A stretch of DNA of 64,000 nucleotides from Asterionella formosa (lineage: Eukaryota), in the NCBI GenBank assembly GCA_002256025.1, contig NKIB01012868.1, positions 1 through 64,000 on the forward strand. The letters run 5' to 3'. A program made the translations under genes and the position numbers. Below are positions 46,790-59,800 of this stretch, in pieces (position 1 is the first letter of the stretch; each line of letters starts with the position of its first letter). The notes under the pieces are model-generated. The model ran no database searches. It saw only the letters and a list, made by a program, of their open reading frames with translations, and was not told the origin of the DNA.

Positions 46790-48070
46790 AATAACAATGG
46801 CAAACTTCCATTTGGTGCAATATCGAATATTTTTTGCATCTAAGGCAGCTACTAGACTGACTTGGCTAACAAAACCTATGGGCCAGCACCATTTGCAGAA
46901 GCTAAATCAGATGGGAAAGGCAACTAATTCACTAGTGCAATTACCTGCTACTATGACACTAAATGATTCACAGTTGTTGATCTGATGTGCATCAAAAATT
47001 AAGATAAATCCTTTGCTTGTACTATGCATCAGCCACTACAAAACAAAAAGCTGTTTCTGAATGAGGTTGGGTTCCATTGAACTACAACTTGTTCTTGCTC
47101 CATCCGGAAATTCAGCTGACAAGTACCTCGAATCTGCTAACAGAAGCAAATAAAAAGCAACCCGCCTCTTCCATTCCCCCACCCAGACTAAACTTGAGCC
47201 AAGGCATGACTGGAACCCTTGTTGATCAGATCATACAGTCGTATCGAAATTGTTAGGATGCTTGAGATTGAATAAATCTGAACCAAGAGCTTGCCCGCCA
47301 AAAAAAAGAAACAGCACTAAGGGTGGCTGATTGCAAGCAATAAACGATACACAGCCGGTCATCATGTTGCTGTAGGCAGGTACTTGTTGGTTCCTGAAGT
47401 GGTCAATGACCTGTTGAAAAGGAAGAGGCGGACATGCAAAAGAATTGCAGAGTGAGCAAGAGAATCAGAAAATAGAAGAGAGGAGGGGTGAAATTTGAAA
47501 CTGCTGAATTAAATCTCACCACTGGATTTTCTGGAACACTTGTGGATCAAGGTTTAGAATTTCGAAACAGAGAAGATGCAAGAAATGGCGTGGATATGGA
47601 TGCACAGGCTTGTCAACAGAAGGAAACTACTCATGCACACGACATTGATGCACACAGGAAACGACTGTCTGCCGAACTCCTTGTAACTTCTAGAAATCAT
47701 GCCTTTGGTCCTGTTCTACTTGCAAGGGAACTGGGAAGGAAAAGAAAGGCGGACAAAAGACAGAGTGAAAAATAAATAAAACGGCTACCAAGAATATGTT
47801 GCAGCCACTTCGCACCAAATTTATGGTGGTATGCGCAGAACGAAAGCCAGAGTATTTGCTTTCAGTAGCTGATCTAAAGGTACTGGTACAATGGTTCAGG
47901 CGCAATGGCGATGCATCAGCGCCACAAACAAGACAAACAGTACTTACTAGGTTGTACACAACATCGCACCTTCATGGTAAACAACAGGCCCCAACAGTGG
48001 ATGTCCTCAAAGTGGTGCAACAGAACAGAACAAAGATGCAAACAAGAAGTGGTATTACATACACATGAAT
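46790..48070 (+). pseudogene. Decayed pogo-like (Tc1/mariner superfamily) transposase C-terminal fragments, partly duplicated
   Basis: Broken frames reading KSFA..KKAVSE*GWVPLNYNL..HPEI, LNLSQGMTGTLVDQ / LNLTTGFSGTLVDQ and VQWFRRNGD..P.T. Resemblance is recalled, not searched. Confidence 0.45.
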
Positions 48071-48612
48071 GTAGTGTGACAAACAACAACTGGTGATTTT
48101 CAAGAGGCTGTCCGGCAGTAGTAATTGTAAGTAAATATTACTTAAACCATCACCAAGATAAGTAACTAAAGTCGTATTTGACCTGAAACCAAATATTAAT
48201 AGTAGAGTATCATCGAAAATGACCATTACTATGGGAATAAAACATCAAAAGGGATCATAAATAAATGGTAGTAATCAGTAATGGACTAACCATATTGTTG
48301 CATCAAAAAGTTTTTGTGGCAACAATAGGGTAATCGGAAAAATGGAAGATTAAAACTCCATAAAACCAATATACTGAGAGTCATCCTTATGAGGCAGAAC
48401 GATGACATTAGAAATGTTCATATCTCAAGAAATGTTGACTTCACGCAAGCTCTGATCAGACCTAGTGGTACCGGAGAGGACGAGCTACAATAACCTTCGT
48501 ACTTGCTTCAACATTACCATGCAATCGGACTAAAATAATGCATGTCGTAACATCAGGTAAAATAAGGATGACTCTCAGTTTTCAGGTGGGACCCTGGTTC
48601 CTGTTTCCCTGG

Positions 48613-48676
48613 CAAGCAAGTTGCGGTCATTTTGCAAAGTTTTAGTTTCAGCACAATGATCACTCCAACTTGCTGG
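48613..48676. mobile_element. MITE copy 3 (internally deleted)
   Basis: gcaagttgcggtcattttgc...tttagtttcagca...caacttgctgg|TA. Confidence 0.75.
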
Positions 48677-48850
48677 TACCTGGTACTTTGAGCAATTCGT
48701 GATACCATGTACCAGGGTACCAGTACATTGGTACCTGGTACCACCTGGTACTTGGGACCAGGGTACGGAGTACCAGGCACGGGTATGTAGCAGCATTTAT
48801 TACACATTAGCTACATACCGGCATGTACCGGAATGCAAGTACTGGTATGT
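48677..48850. repeat. TA-CC(W)GG-TA array upstream of EF-1alpha
   Basis: tacctggta, taccagggtaccagta, ggtacctggtaccacctggta, taccgg. Confidence 0.85.
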
Positions 48851-49034
48851 ATGTAGCACGAAAATGATGGGTTACGTAGGCCAGACGGAGAAAAGTAGCA
48901 TGTAGACAATATACCAAAAGCTACGCTTGGATCTTAGCAGCCGCAAATGAAAATGTGCCCGCCGGTGCCTTCCTCTCGACAGCCATGCAGAGTCCGAATA
49001 AATATATATATAAGTAAAAGCAAACAAAGCCACA

Positions 49035-50757
49035 ATGGGAAAGGAAAAGGTTCATATTTCCTTGGTCGTTATCGGCCACGTCGATGCCGGTATGTGATAA
49101 TTAACATTGTCTTGCAAACTTTGTGGAGGAGTGATTAGATAATCGAAGAGGACCATGAGGGGAAAGGTGCTGGCCTGCAGTCGATGTCTGGTATTAAATC
49201 TACGTAGACGAGGATTGCATGACCATCCAGACGACGTTGCTTCTACTAAGCGCTCAATGGAGCAGCCAACAGGACTACGAAGCGCCCTATGGATCAAACT
49301 CATTCACTACCAATGCTCTCGGTTGCTTGGTCAGAATATCTTGTCGTCATCCCTATCTTGCCGTCATCCCTATAGTCAACGCGCTCGTTGGCACTACATG
49401 CGTTCAGTCCACGCTCAGAATCCATTTCACCAATTGTCGTCGTCAATCGTAACGTTCCAACCGTGTCTCACCCAGTTTTAATCACAAATCAGGAAAATCT
49501 ACCACCACTGGTCACTTGATTTACAAGTGCGGAGGTATCGATAAGCGTACCATCGAGAAGTTCGAGAAGGAAGCCGCAGAACTCGGAAAGTCATCATTCA
49601 AGTATGCCTGGGTTCTTGATAACCTCAAGGCCGAGCGCGAACGTGGTATCACCATCGATATTGCTCTCTGGAAGTTCGAGTCCCCCAAGTACTCCTTCAC
49701 TGTTATTGATGCACCCGGACACCGTGATTTCATCAAGAACATGATTACCGGAACTTCACAGGCTGATGTTGCTGTCCTTGTCATTGACTCCTCCCAGGGA
49801 GGTTTCGAGGCTGGTATTTCCAAAGATGGACAGACCCGTGAGCACGCCCTTCTTGCTTACACCCTTGGAGTCAAGCAGATGATTGTCGCCCTTAACAAGA
49901 TGGACGATAAGACGGTCAAGTACGAGCAGGCCCGTTACGAGGAAATCAAGGCTGAAGTTGGATCCTACCTCAAGAAGGTTGGCTACAAGCCGATGAAGAT
50001 CCCGTTCGTCCCTATCTCTGGATGGGAGGGTGACAACATGATTGAAAAGTCCACCAATATGCCTTGGTACAAGGGACCTTACCTGCTTGAGGCCCTTGAC
50101 ACCTGCACTCCTCCTAAGCGTCCTACCGAGAAGCCACTTCGTCTTCCTCTTCAGGATGTTTACAAGATCGGTGGTATCGGAACTGTACCTGTCGGACGTG
50201 TTGAGACTGGTGTTATCAAGCCTGGTATCCATGCCATGTTCGCCCCTACTGGACTCGTAGCTGAAATTAAATCCGTCGAAATGCACCACGAATCCCTCCC
50301 TGAGGCCGTCCCTGGTGACAATGTTGGTTTCAACGTGAAGAACGTTGCCGTCAAGGATCTTCGACGTGGATTCGTCGCTTCCGACTCCAAGGCCTCCCCT
50401 GCCTCTGGAGTCTCCTCGTTCGAGGCGCAGGTCATTGTCATGAACCACCCAGGACAAATCTCCAACGGATACTCCCCTGTCCTCGATTGCCACACCGCCC
50501 ATGTTGCTTGCAAGTTTGCACTTATTAAGGAAAAGATGGACCGTCGTTCCGGAAAGGTCTTGGAAGAGAATCCCAAGTTCGTCAAGACTGGAGACGCCTG
50601 CATTGTCGATCTCGAGCCCACCAAGCCCCTTTGTGTGGAATCCTTCACTGACTTCCCTCCCCTCGGACGATTTGCCGTCCGTGACATGCGTCAAACTGTT
50701 GCTGTCGGAGTCATCAAGGGAATCACCAAGGACGAAGGAAAGGGCAAGAAGAAGTAG
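49035..50757 (+). CDS. EEF1A: Translation elongation factor 1-alpha; exons 49035-49089, 49493-50757
   Basis: [55 protein letters not shown]. Intron 49090-49492 (GTATGT...ATCAG). Strong codon bias. Confidence 0.99.
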
Positions 50758-50889
50758 ACATGTTCTTAGTAATTATGATCAAATTTTCAAATAGATTAAA
50801 GGATTGTATCTGTGAGGCTCCCAAATCATTGTCTTGGTACACTATAATGTTCTCGGCATTCTAGTAGCATCCTTTATCTTAAATTTGAT

Positions 50890-51720
50890 TTAGTAGTCAG
50901 CCGTATTATTGATATCACTCTCCCAACAATCTGTTTCGATAGCGCCTTCAGCTGCTTCCAGCTGAATCTGTTTTGCTTGTTTTCGCTTCTCTGCATGACA
51001 TGCCTGCATCGCATCGGGAATCCTGCCCTTTTCGAGCTTGACCACATCAAATTTATGTCCCTCAAACATCCGCTCGCTGTATTTGGCCCACGCTGCGAAA
51101 TGACAAAGTGTGATGGATAGGCATGATTGTGCGTCCAGTAGAATCGCAGACGATGCTGAACTACCATCCACTGGATCACAAAGTATGCTTACATGTGGTA
51201 CATGGACAAAATCATCGCATACGTTCGCCAGATGAAGTGGTAGTCCTCTGGGTAGCTTGCTCAGCACGATGCAAGTATTGCCACCTTTTTGAAATGGCCT
51301 TGAATTGACGGGTAATGATTTGGCTGTAAATAAAGCATCCTTTTTGCTGTTGTCGAGACACACTTGAGCCAATCCAGTAATCGGGTCTGCTATTACACTG
51401 TAACCGGTCAGTGAAAAGGCGTCGGCGACTCCAACCAACATCCCTACTAGGCGATGGCATCCACATCCACCTTCTTCCACAGCTGTTCGCAGGTATAGAT
51501 TCGCTTGTTCAACTGTTGGAAATGCGATAATTGGAACATGTTTCGATGCCCCATGTGATCCCTCAGTAGAACATTTGTCAAATCCAACAGCAACAACTTG
51601 AGTCACAGCAAAAGCTGCTGCACATCGAAGAATCGGGCCCAGATTGTTACTCTTTTTTGAGTTTTCCAAAAGAAGAAATATTCGGGGAGTAGTTAATTCG
51701 TAACCCGAGACATCCGCCAT
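50890..51720 (-). CDS. SpoU/TrmH-family SPOUT RNA methyltransferase-like protein
   Basis: LLLENSKKSNNLGPILRCAAAF, GSHGA, GLP...CDDFVHVP. Confidence 0.8.
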   Translation of the reverse strand: MADVSGYELTTPRIFLLLENSKKSNNLGPILRCAAAFAVTQVVAVGFDKCSTEGSHGASKHVPIIAFPTVEQANLYLRTAVEEGGCGCHRLVGMLVGVADAFSLTGYSVIADPITGLAQVCLDNSKKDALFTAKSLPVNSRPFQKGGNTCIVLSKLPRGLPLHLANVCDDFVHVPHVSILCDPVDGSSASSAILLDAQSCLSITLCHFAAWAKYSERMFEGHKFDVVKLEKGRIPDAMQACHAEKRKQAKQIQLEAAEGAIETDCWESDINNTADY

Positions 51721-52023
51721 TGTTGCACATAAATAGCAAATTGGTCAACTGGAACCTTTCTCGTAGATTTACACTTGAGGAAATCGACAGTTCAAGGAAA
51801 GCACGAATGTCACGGATCACAGGAAACTTATCATAGGCTTCGTAGAGCGATTTTGTTATCCTCAAGATGTCCGGAATACTACAGTCTGTATCTTGGTATC
51901 GTTATCGTCAAGGTACCTGGTAGAGAGAATTCGGCGGCGGCGAAAGGTTTCTTGTTCTGAAGCCACATAGAACCATGAGGATCATGATCATTCTTTGATA
52001 TGCGTTCATACACGGAACATTCA

Positions 52024-52363
52024 TACTGAAGGTAAGACATGATTGAGGGTGGAGACTGCCTGCGAGTATTCTTGTGTTCGAGGCTTGGGAGGCGCGAGTA
52101 GGTTGACCGAACGAGTGGCGCCCATTTGCCCATCATATAAAACATATATTGGATATTTCATATGTAGAGTTTTTGGATTCCTCAATCCTGCATTTGCCCA
52201 TCATATAAAACATATTTTGTATATTTCATATGCTCCGTTTTTCGACTGCCAAACTACCTTCAATATTTTCAATAGCCCCTAGATTTTATTGCCGAAATCG
52301 ACTGCATTTTATTTAAGGGAATTTGATTACTGATATCTATAGCCCCTCAATTGACTGCCGTTT
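52024..52363 (+). mobile_element. Dispersed repeat, copy B (inverted relative to 15521-15790)
   Basis: See copy A. Contains an internal direct duplication of catttgcccatcatataaaacatat. Confidence 0.8.
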
Positions 52364-53340
52364 ACTTAAGGAAAATCGACTGCCGAAATCGGACGAGAGT
52401 ACGAGGAGCTACATGAAGGCACGAAATGATGGTTTTCTTTCAAGTGTTGACGGCAATTCCACTATTTACATCCCTGCTATCTTCCAGCATGCTCCGATGT
52501 ATACAAAAGCTGGTCATTGATGTCTCAAGTACTGACTCCTCATCAAATGGATCTGGCTGGTTGTTGGATAATTCGATTTCTTATGGGATTCATATCGTTG
52601 CATTGTGCTTGCTTCGTCACAGTGGCGCCAAAATTTCGGTTCCCCTTTCTGTTGATTTCCGATAGCCTTTCCGGTCAACTCCTTCGCTAGATTTTATATG
52701 TAGTGATAAATAAATTAACGATTGTTCAAAAGTGACATCAATCAGTTGTTGAGTGTCAAAACTCAAAGCGTTATGGTAGGTCAAAGTTAGGCTTCCATCT
52801 CGCCATGGCACCGGTATTTTCGTCAGATATGATCAGCCGTTAAATTTTAAACATAATTTTGTAGTATGTTTTCTACGTGTCCTACACTATCTCAAATCAA
52901 ATCTCGGCAGCAAGTTTTAGTGCTCACATGTTGGCTTTTTTCCGCTGCCCTACTACAATAACATTGTTTCATTGCTTTCTAATCACAATATTACTTTTGT
53001 TACTTCTGCATAATCTTCTACAATGACAAAACGAAAAGTCGTCAATCTCAATGAGCTATCGCAAACTCCGCAAAGCAGCCGGAACATGATGGAGCTGGTG
53101 TTCTGCATTAACTCGTATTCAACAAGGAAGAGAGGACAGGTATGTGCTTGTTAATAGTTGTTGTTGTATTCGATTTGCTGCCATGGTCGAGTATACTAAT
53201 TATGAATTTTGATGAAGGCTATTGTCATGTTACTCCTCCACTTCCTGACGATGCAAGAAATCAGTATCCACTGGTCAAACCAGCTTGTCCAATGAGTTGA
53301 AATATGTGGCCAGTTGATTGTTGTTTTCACAAGATATAGT

Positions 53341-53433
53341 GTCCCATATTGCCCCTAAATAAAAAAATTACTTAAAGAAACCAAAAATTACTTAGACACC
53401 CACAGTTCTCATCGAAAAGCAAGACGATAGCTA
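53341..53433. mobile_element. Right end of the TIR family seen at 5719-6562
   Basis: cccatattgcccctaaataaaaa..ttacttaaag..aaaaattacttaga...gcaagacgatagct shared with 6481-6562. Confidence 0.7.
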
Positions 53434-53529
53434 GGGTGGGGATTGCCAGTAAGTATCAGACAAACGATCTCAACTTATTCATACACACATTCTAAATCCA
53501 GGTAGCTAGGGTGGTATCTGGTACTACTT

Positions 53530-54130
53530 TGTCAATACTTTACAATGTGCTGTGACTGCACCCACCTGCCAATCCCTATTTTGATTAGCCTCTTCCACTG
53601 AATCACACTGTCCACTTTGAAGTGCTTGGAAGGAACTGAGATCATTCATATTCATGTTGGATGAGTTTGCCAGTTGCCCGCCTGTTGAGTTTATATTCCA
53701 TCCATCCACAGTATGGTAGCTGCTTCCAGAAAGAAAACATAATTGCTTCCAAAATGAGTGCTTGCATTTTTGTGTTGGATGTATACTGTCTTAGAAACAT
53801 TCACACCAACTGGCCGCTTCTCCCAAATCGCCGGTATCACATTGTTGATGGTCATGGCTGTGTATATCTGCTTTGTAGCTATCATTGTCAATGCTGGCCT
53901 GTTGATCGAATTCCCAAGTGTGGAGTCTGATGAATGAAGGGCCATATACTATGATCTTGCCATCAAATGTGCACACTTGATCCTTGGACATGCAACAGCT
54001 GAAAGAAACATTTATGATCCTTGGGCTTTGTCATCCAAATTGTTCCCCCTCATCCCCTTGGTCAATTAAAACATCTCCTGTTTAACCTCTTGAACATAAA
54101 TCCATTTTTCATCAACATGGGTGAAGTTTT
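53530..54130 (-). pseudogene. Degenerate DD39D (plant-type) mariner transposase catalytic domain
   Basis: Frameshifted motifs in the correct order: HVDEKWIY (54119-54096), MFLSAVACPR (54011-53982), CTFDGKI..WPF, NRPA, VIPAI, YIQHKNA.TH, GWNI..QLANSSNMNMNDL..FQALQS. Confidence 0.85.
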
Positions 54131-55487
54131 TCAAGGTGATTCCACTTTAAATGGTTAACACAATTTAATCATGTCCCCCAGCAGTCTCTGGCAATCTTGT
54201 ATGCTGATAATTTCGGAAGGTTGAGTGCTGATGCAAGCTTGCAATATGTGGTATGTTTGTGAAACAGGAATTTTTTCTAGCTGAAATTATCAAACAATTA
54301 TATTTCTGCTGTGGCCAGCTAGTACAGTCATGTATTTGCGGTAAAGGCAAATTTATCACTATCTTATAAATAGTAAGGGGCAAGTGGGCAATTCCACATG
54401 TATGTACACCAACAATCATGCCGAAATGACAGCAATAGAAAATGATCAAAATCTCAACAGAGCTACAATATCTGTTTCTTCTTCCCTTCATCTCCTTCGA
54501 CGTTGTGACTCTCCTTGCTTAACGGTAGCGACAATACCACGGTGCACCCATGCGTTGATTCACGCGCCTGCTGGTTCCCCCAAATCGCCGCTATTTAGGT
54601 TCAATGGGTTTCCAGGATTAATTAAATTTCGATTTTTGGAGCACTGGCGCGCCCAAACTTCGTCATGACTTCACAGTAATTTCTAGGGTGTGTACAATTT
54701 TAAATCTTATTTTACAATGTAATAATTTGTGTAGGTTCTACGACTTGGATCGTGATAGAAATTGAGGTTAGCCAATCAAATCATTTTCTGCGGAATGATC
54801 AGCATGACAACAACAAATATCTCTGCATCAGGCAGAAACAAAAATATTGTTCCAAAAGCATACAGCAAATCCAACAATATCAAGGTATCAGCCAGAGCAT
54901 ATTTGGCTCAGCAGCCAAAGCAGATATGGAGCCGGAAGTCCATGCTGGATGGTGCAATGGTTGTTGTTCTGGCAGTAGCGGCAGACATTCCCCATGTAGG
55001 AAATTGTTTTGATTCAGAGGCAGTGTCAATGAAAAAATTCGCTCAACCAGGCCAATCTCCAAAAAGTGCTGCTGCTGAGTTTGAAGGTTTGAAGACTCTT
55101 TTCGACCAGTTGCATCTTCCAAATAGGGCCGACACCACCAGCCACCAGGATGCTCAGCGTTTAGCTTAAGAGGTAATATGGTAACGAAAATGTGTCGCTG
55201 AAGGCACCTGAAAAACGGATCAAGCACTGGCTTGCTCATAATGCTTGATATGCTTATTATTTAATTACTAAAACAGAGGTTATGTTCATCTCTATGTAAC
55301 AAGTAAAAAACGCATTTTTCGAGTTAGCTGACCCTCATGTAGAAAGATGGTTTATAGTATACGTAATCCGTCCTTGAATAAGCTGCTCGGTACTGAGGGT
55401 TCCGATAATCACTGCAATTATACTGGTAATATTGGACGGGTCTCCTGTAACAAAAGTCCTACTAGTACATCATTCAGGTGGGTTATG

Positions 55488-55614
55488 AGTACCAGGTACA
55501 CATGTCGAACCCTGCTGAGGGCCTGACGTCAGCACTTAGACTTTATGCATGTCCTCAAGTCGCCAGGCAGGAGCATCGCTCGCACCATTCACCAGGTACC
55601 GGTACCTGGTACCA
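55488..55614. repeat. TA-CC(W)GG-TA units upstream of RPL23
   Basis: taccaggta; accaggtaccggtacctggtacc. Confidence 0.8.
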
Positions 55615-55997
55615 TCCTTCGTTGGGGCGGCAAATGCGCAGCGCAATCTTATCATCTGTCGACCCATGCGACCAACTCATCGAAAATCAGACTCTTACCT
55701 CTTACTGAAATCAATTCCACCTCGCTTGATGCTCCCAAATTATCGTCATAGAGACTTAAGGTGTGTCAATGGTGCTCGTTGACTTGCAATTGCCGGTGCC
55801 TGTAACCTATTCGCGATGCATTATAAGATAGGACGTGAAAATATACTCTCGTGATTTAGAAACATGCGAACCGAACTGTAACTGCTATCGCGGACGAGCT
55901 ATTGAGCTGATTCGAAATGGGTGTTGATTAGGCGGCATTGACTTTTTAGCTCACTCGTTTTATACCCTTCTGCTTTATAGTCTGGAAAAAACTAAAT

Positions 55998-56429
55998 ATG
56001 GGAGTTGAAGGAAAACGTGGACGTGCACTAGCCGCCGGTATCAAGCACAGGGTTTCGGCTGGTCTTCCAAATGCGGCTGTTATCAACTGTGCTGATAACT
56101 CTGGTGCAAAGAACCTTCGAATCATTGCTGTGTGTAACATCAGTGGACGTCTTAATCGCCTCCCCAAGGCTGGTAGTGGTGACATGGTGATGGCTTCTGT
56201 GAAGAAGGGTAAGCCTGAACTGAGAAAGAAGGTCATGCCTTGTATTGTTGTCAGACAACGCAAGGCCTTCCGTAGAAAGGAGGGTGTTTTCATCCACTTT
56301 GAGGATTCTGCAGGCGTGATTGTCAATAACAAGGGCGAAATGAAGGGATCCGCAGTCTCTGGACCTGTTGCCAAGGAGTGTGCGGAACTCTGGCCCCGTA
56401 TCGCTGCAAACTCAGGTTCAATCTTGTAA
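55998..56429 (+). CDS. RPL23: 60S ribosomal protein L23 (uL14)
   Basis: [51 protein letters not shown]. Confidence 0.96.
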   Translation: MGVEGKRGRALAAGIKHRVSAGLPNAAVINCADNSGAKNLRIIAVCNISGRLNRLPKAGSGDMVMASVKKGKPELRKKVMPCIVVRQRKAFRRKEGVFIHFEDSAGVIVNNKGEMKGSAVSGPVAKECAELWPRIAANSGSIL

Positions 56430-56886
56430 ATCAATACTTGAATTTTATTATATCTGCGCTAGGTAGATTGTTGTTTCGCAGCTTGTTGTTGAGTCTTCGC
56501 ATCAGTCTGTCTCCAAGGAGCAGAGTAACTTGTAGACGAGGAGGCCCACGATATCTTACGTAGTTTTGGCATTCATGCAGTTGACGCATTTCAGCGACAT
56601 CTGATCAACCGATAGTGCTTGGCAGCCTCCTTAGTCTACGCAAAGCACATTTCACAAATCGAATAAAACTAGACCAAACCCCCTATACTACTTATGGCCC
56701 TATTATTTATCACGCTTGAGATGATGACACGACCGACGGCACCGGTAGTCTAATATCAGCTACTATATTCACCCGCTGGTGTCTTGGTAGGCTAGTCTGA
56801 AGCCCGGTATCGTCAACCATTTAAGTCGTCTACTACCTGATGGAGCTCCTGGTAGGTCTACCGGTACTCCCAATCACCTGGTAGAT

Positions 56887-59800
56887 TTAGATGCGACCAG
56901 ATACAATAAAATAGCTACCGGCAATTAAAGCGCTGACTATAACTACCGGAACAAAGGCACTGAGGAAAACTGCTCCTTTCCTGAGAAAGGCTTTTCCTTA
57001 CCTATGTAGGGGAAACACACTTCCAATTTATCAGTATTACACTCACCACCTGCAAGATACTCGAGTTGAGCGATCCTCCGGTGGCAAGGCCTGGTGCAAC
57101 TTGTTAAGCTTTTCAAAGATAGGCTTAACTTGCTGGTATGCAACTATCATTCCTTGTGATTCTTCCTTCGCTTTCGTCAATTCGATGGCATCTCGGGCCA
57201 GTTCGAAGCCTTTCCTGACAAAGACAGTCCTCTCCGCTGTACCTTCCGAATAGTTTGCCAGTAGCAGACACATTTCCGCAGTGATGGAATCAGCAGTGCG
57301 ACCATAACTTCCCATTACAAAATTCAACTCAGAGCCAAACAAGCCATTCTTCTCAACGACGATCCAATCACCATAGCTTTGAAGCTGCTCTGTTTCGCAG
57401 GAAGTAGCGATCATGTCCAGGAGAGCAATTATCGGCATGTGCAAAGGACGATCGCTGGTTGAACCACGTTCATCGAGTTTCATGAAATTATTCGAAACGT
57501 ATTTATGAAATGCTTCCTTGGCCTCAAGTGCCCTGCCATTGTCTTTCATCACCCATATGAGAGGATACAACATTTGGAAGGAATTGCTTACGTTTTGAGT
57601 ATTCATGTGAGGCAATAGATCCTGCAGCACATTATCGCAAATCTTCAACGCTTCGCTAGTCTTGCCAAGATAGCAATTCCATAGTGCACATTGAGCAATG
57701 CATTGCCCGCTACGATCACAACCATACGCATGAGAAATCAGGTCAGAATGCTCCTCGACGTTATATAGTTCCTTCATCTCCTCCACGGTTTGCAACGCAA
57801 GATCGAATTTACCGTGTCTCCCTAGCATCTCTGCCTGCATTGCAAGGGCTCGCGCGAAATGAAAATCGTTGAAAAGCTTAGTTTCTCGCAGGAACATTCT
57901 GACTAACCCTTGCTCGTACATAATATCTTCATTGTGACCAAATCTCAGAGATACGAAAAGGCCACTGAACACCGGAAAGATTATCGAACGGTCGACAATG
58001 TCTGCTGAAGGTGGGGCCTTGTGAATGAACTATAAGTGTCAACAATAATAACAAGGTTAGATAGTAAGACGCAGCAGCAACTCTCATACATTGTCAATAA
58101 ACTTACGTTGAGGGCTGTCTGGTACGCTTGGATGCTTTCCTTAGGATCAAGAATTTGTGTGTAGCAACGACCAAGAGAAATGTTCAACCTGATTATTTTC
58201 TCGACATCGCTTGAAGTCAAGTTCTCCAAGAGTTGCATGCTCAGACCTGTAAAGGAGTGTAGAGGTCTCGTCAATAAAAAAATAGATCACTTTCATTTCT
58301 CACGGGAAAACTTACCTCCAATGTTGTCATCTGAATCATCACTGTCCATCGATTTCCACATGTCAAACGATTCGTGGTATACGACTAAAGCCTGGCGAGT
58401 CAAACCAATATTTTCAAGGCTCCGCCCCATCTTTAGGGCGAGAGTTGCTGCTTTCTCAGCGCTACCACTTTCTTTCCAGTGACAGAAAAGCTTGGTGAGC
58501 AAGCGGTAGTCGTTAGCAAAATCTGCGTCCATAACGTTTTCCATTGATTGCGCAATCAAAGTGTGCATATCTCGTTTCCATTCGTCAAGCGTCAGTCTCA
58601 AAATATTGCTTCTCCAGACATCATGAGTGAATTTATATATCAAATTACTCGAGGCATATGGATGATCAGATGATCCATAGGAGGAGCTGAAATCTAACCC
58701 CGTTACCTCCAGAATACCTTTCCGAACTGCTTCGTCAAGGCTTTCGTGCACTGACTTAGCGTGTACTAGCCTCTCCTCTTTCTTTACGCCGCGATACTGC
58801 TCGAAAACCGAAATAACGTCCATCAGTTCAAATGATGACCCAAGGATGGCCCCGAGATTCAGATGAGTTCGAACAGATGAAGGTAAGGAATCCATTCGAT
58901 GCAGAACTAATTCACCAATTTTTCCAACATCAATACTGTTTCTTCCAGTGAAATCCCTGATCCCTCCGGCGCTTCCGGTGCTTCCGTTTTCGTATTTTTC
59001 GACCATATTAACCTTGTATAGGTTTTCAATGATTTCAGAAGCCAGGTGTGGCATGCCTCCAGATTGAACAAAAACGTCACGAGAAATTCTGGGGTCAATT
59101 TGAATATCTTTTCTGTCAAAACTGTTGGCAACCAGAGCTTCAACATCACTAAGTTGCATCGGAGAAAGTTCTATTTCTCGGAATGTAGTGTCTGTTTCCT
59201 CTGTTCTATGAAGAGACTGCCACCAGTCTGTATTTGCCTTCATTTCTTGATTTTGTGACATGGGACGCTTTGTTCCAATAATCATGAGGTTTTGGGAATG
59301 AGCAAGGAGCAGTTGCACTACTTTCCAGGACATACTATCCATCTGGGCAACATCATCAAGCGCCAAAACAACCAAGTCGCAGGCGATAGTGCATTGCAAG
59401 AAAGCTGTAACAAGATAGTGTGCAATCGAATTCATCGCCGTCGAATAAGTAGAACTAAACACATCGTCTTCAACCAGGGGGTCTGATCTATTGGGTGTGA
59501 CAATAAGACGAGCAATGATGTCAATATATACCGCCGGTATGTCTGCAATTTCGCAAGTTCGAACGAAATCGGCGAGGGACTGATTTGCATCTGAGTTCAG
59601 TGATCCGTTCATGATACCGGAGCTAGGATCATGCGACCCTTTTGCTGAGCCATCTTGATCTGCATCCTTTAAGTCCTGTAAATAGACTAAGATGTCTAAG
59701 AAAATTGGTCGTGCAAGACTGAATGGAACGAATACGTCGCCTTCGCCGAAGGCGTTTTGTAGAATAAGGTGAGGAACTGCCTTAGAAACACAAATATCCC

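Noticed and set aside
49756..50694. 312-aa antisense ORF (and 55946-56434)
   Set aside because: Shadows of codon-biased EF-1alpha and RPL23.
52045..52086. Resemblance to the 3' half of vertebrate 5S rRNA
   Set aside because: Short and gapped, with no 5' half; likely chance. An Infernal search would settle it.
54752..55239. Overlapping 86-135 aa ORFs
   Set aside because: No recognisable motif; located among transposon debris.
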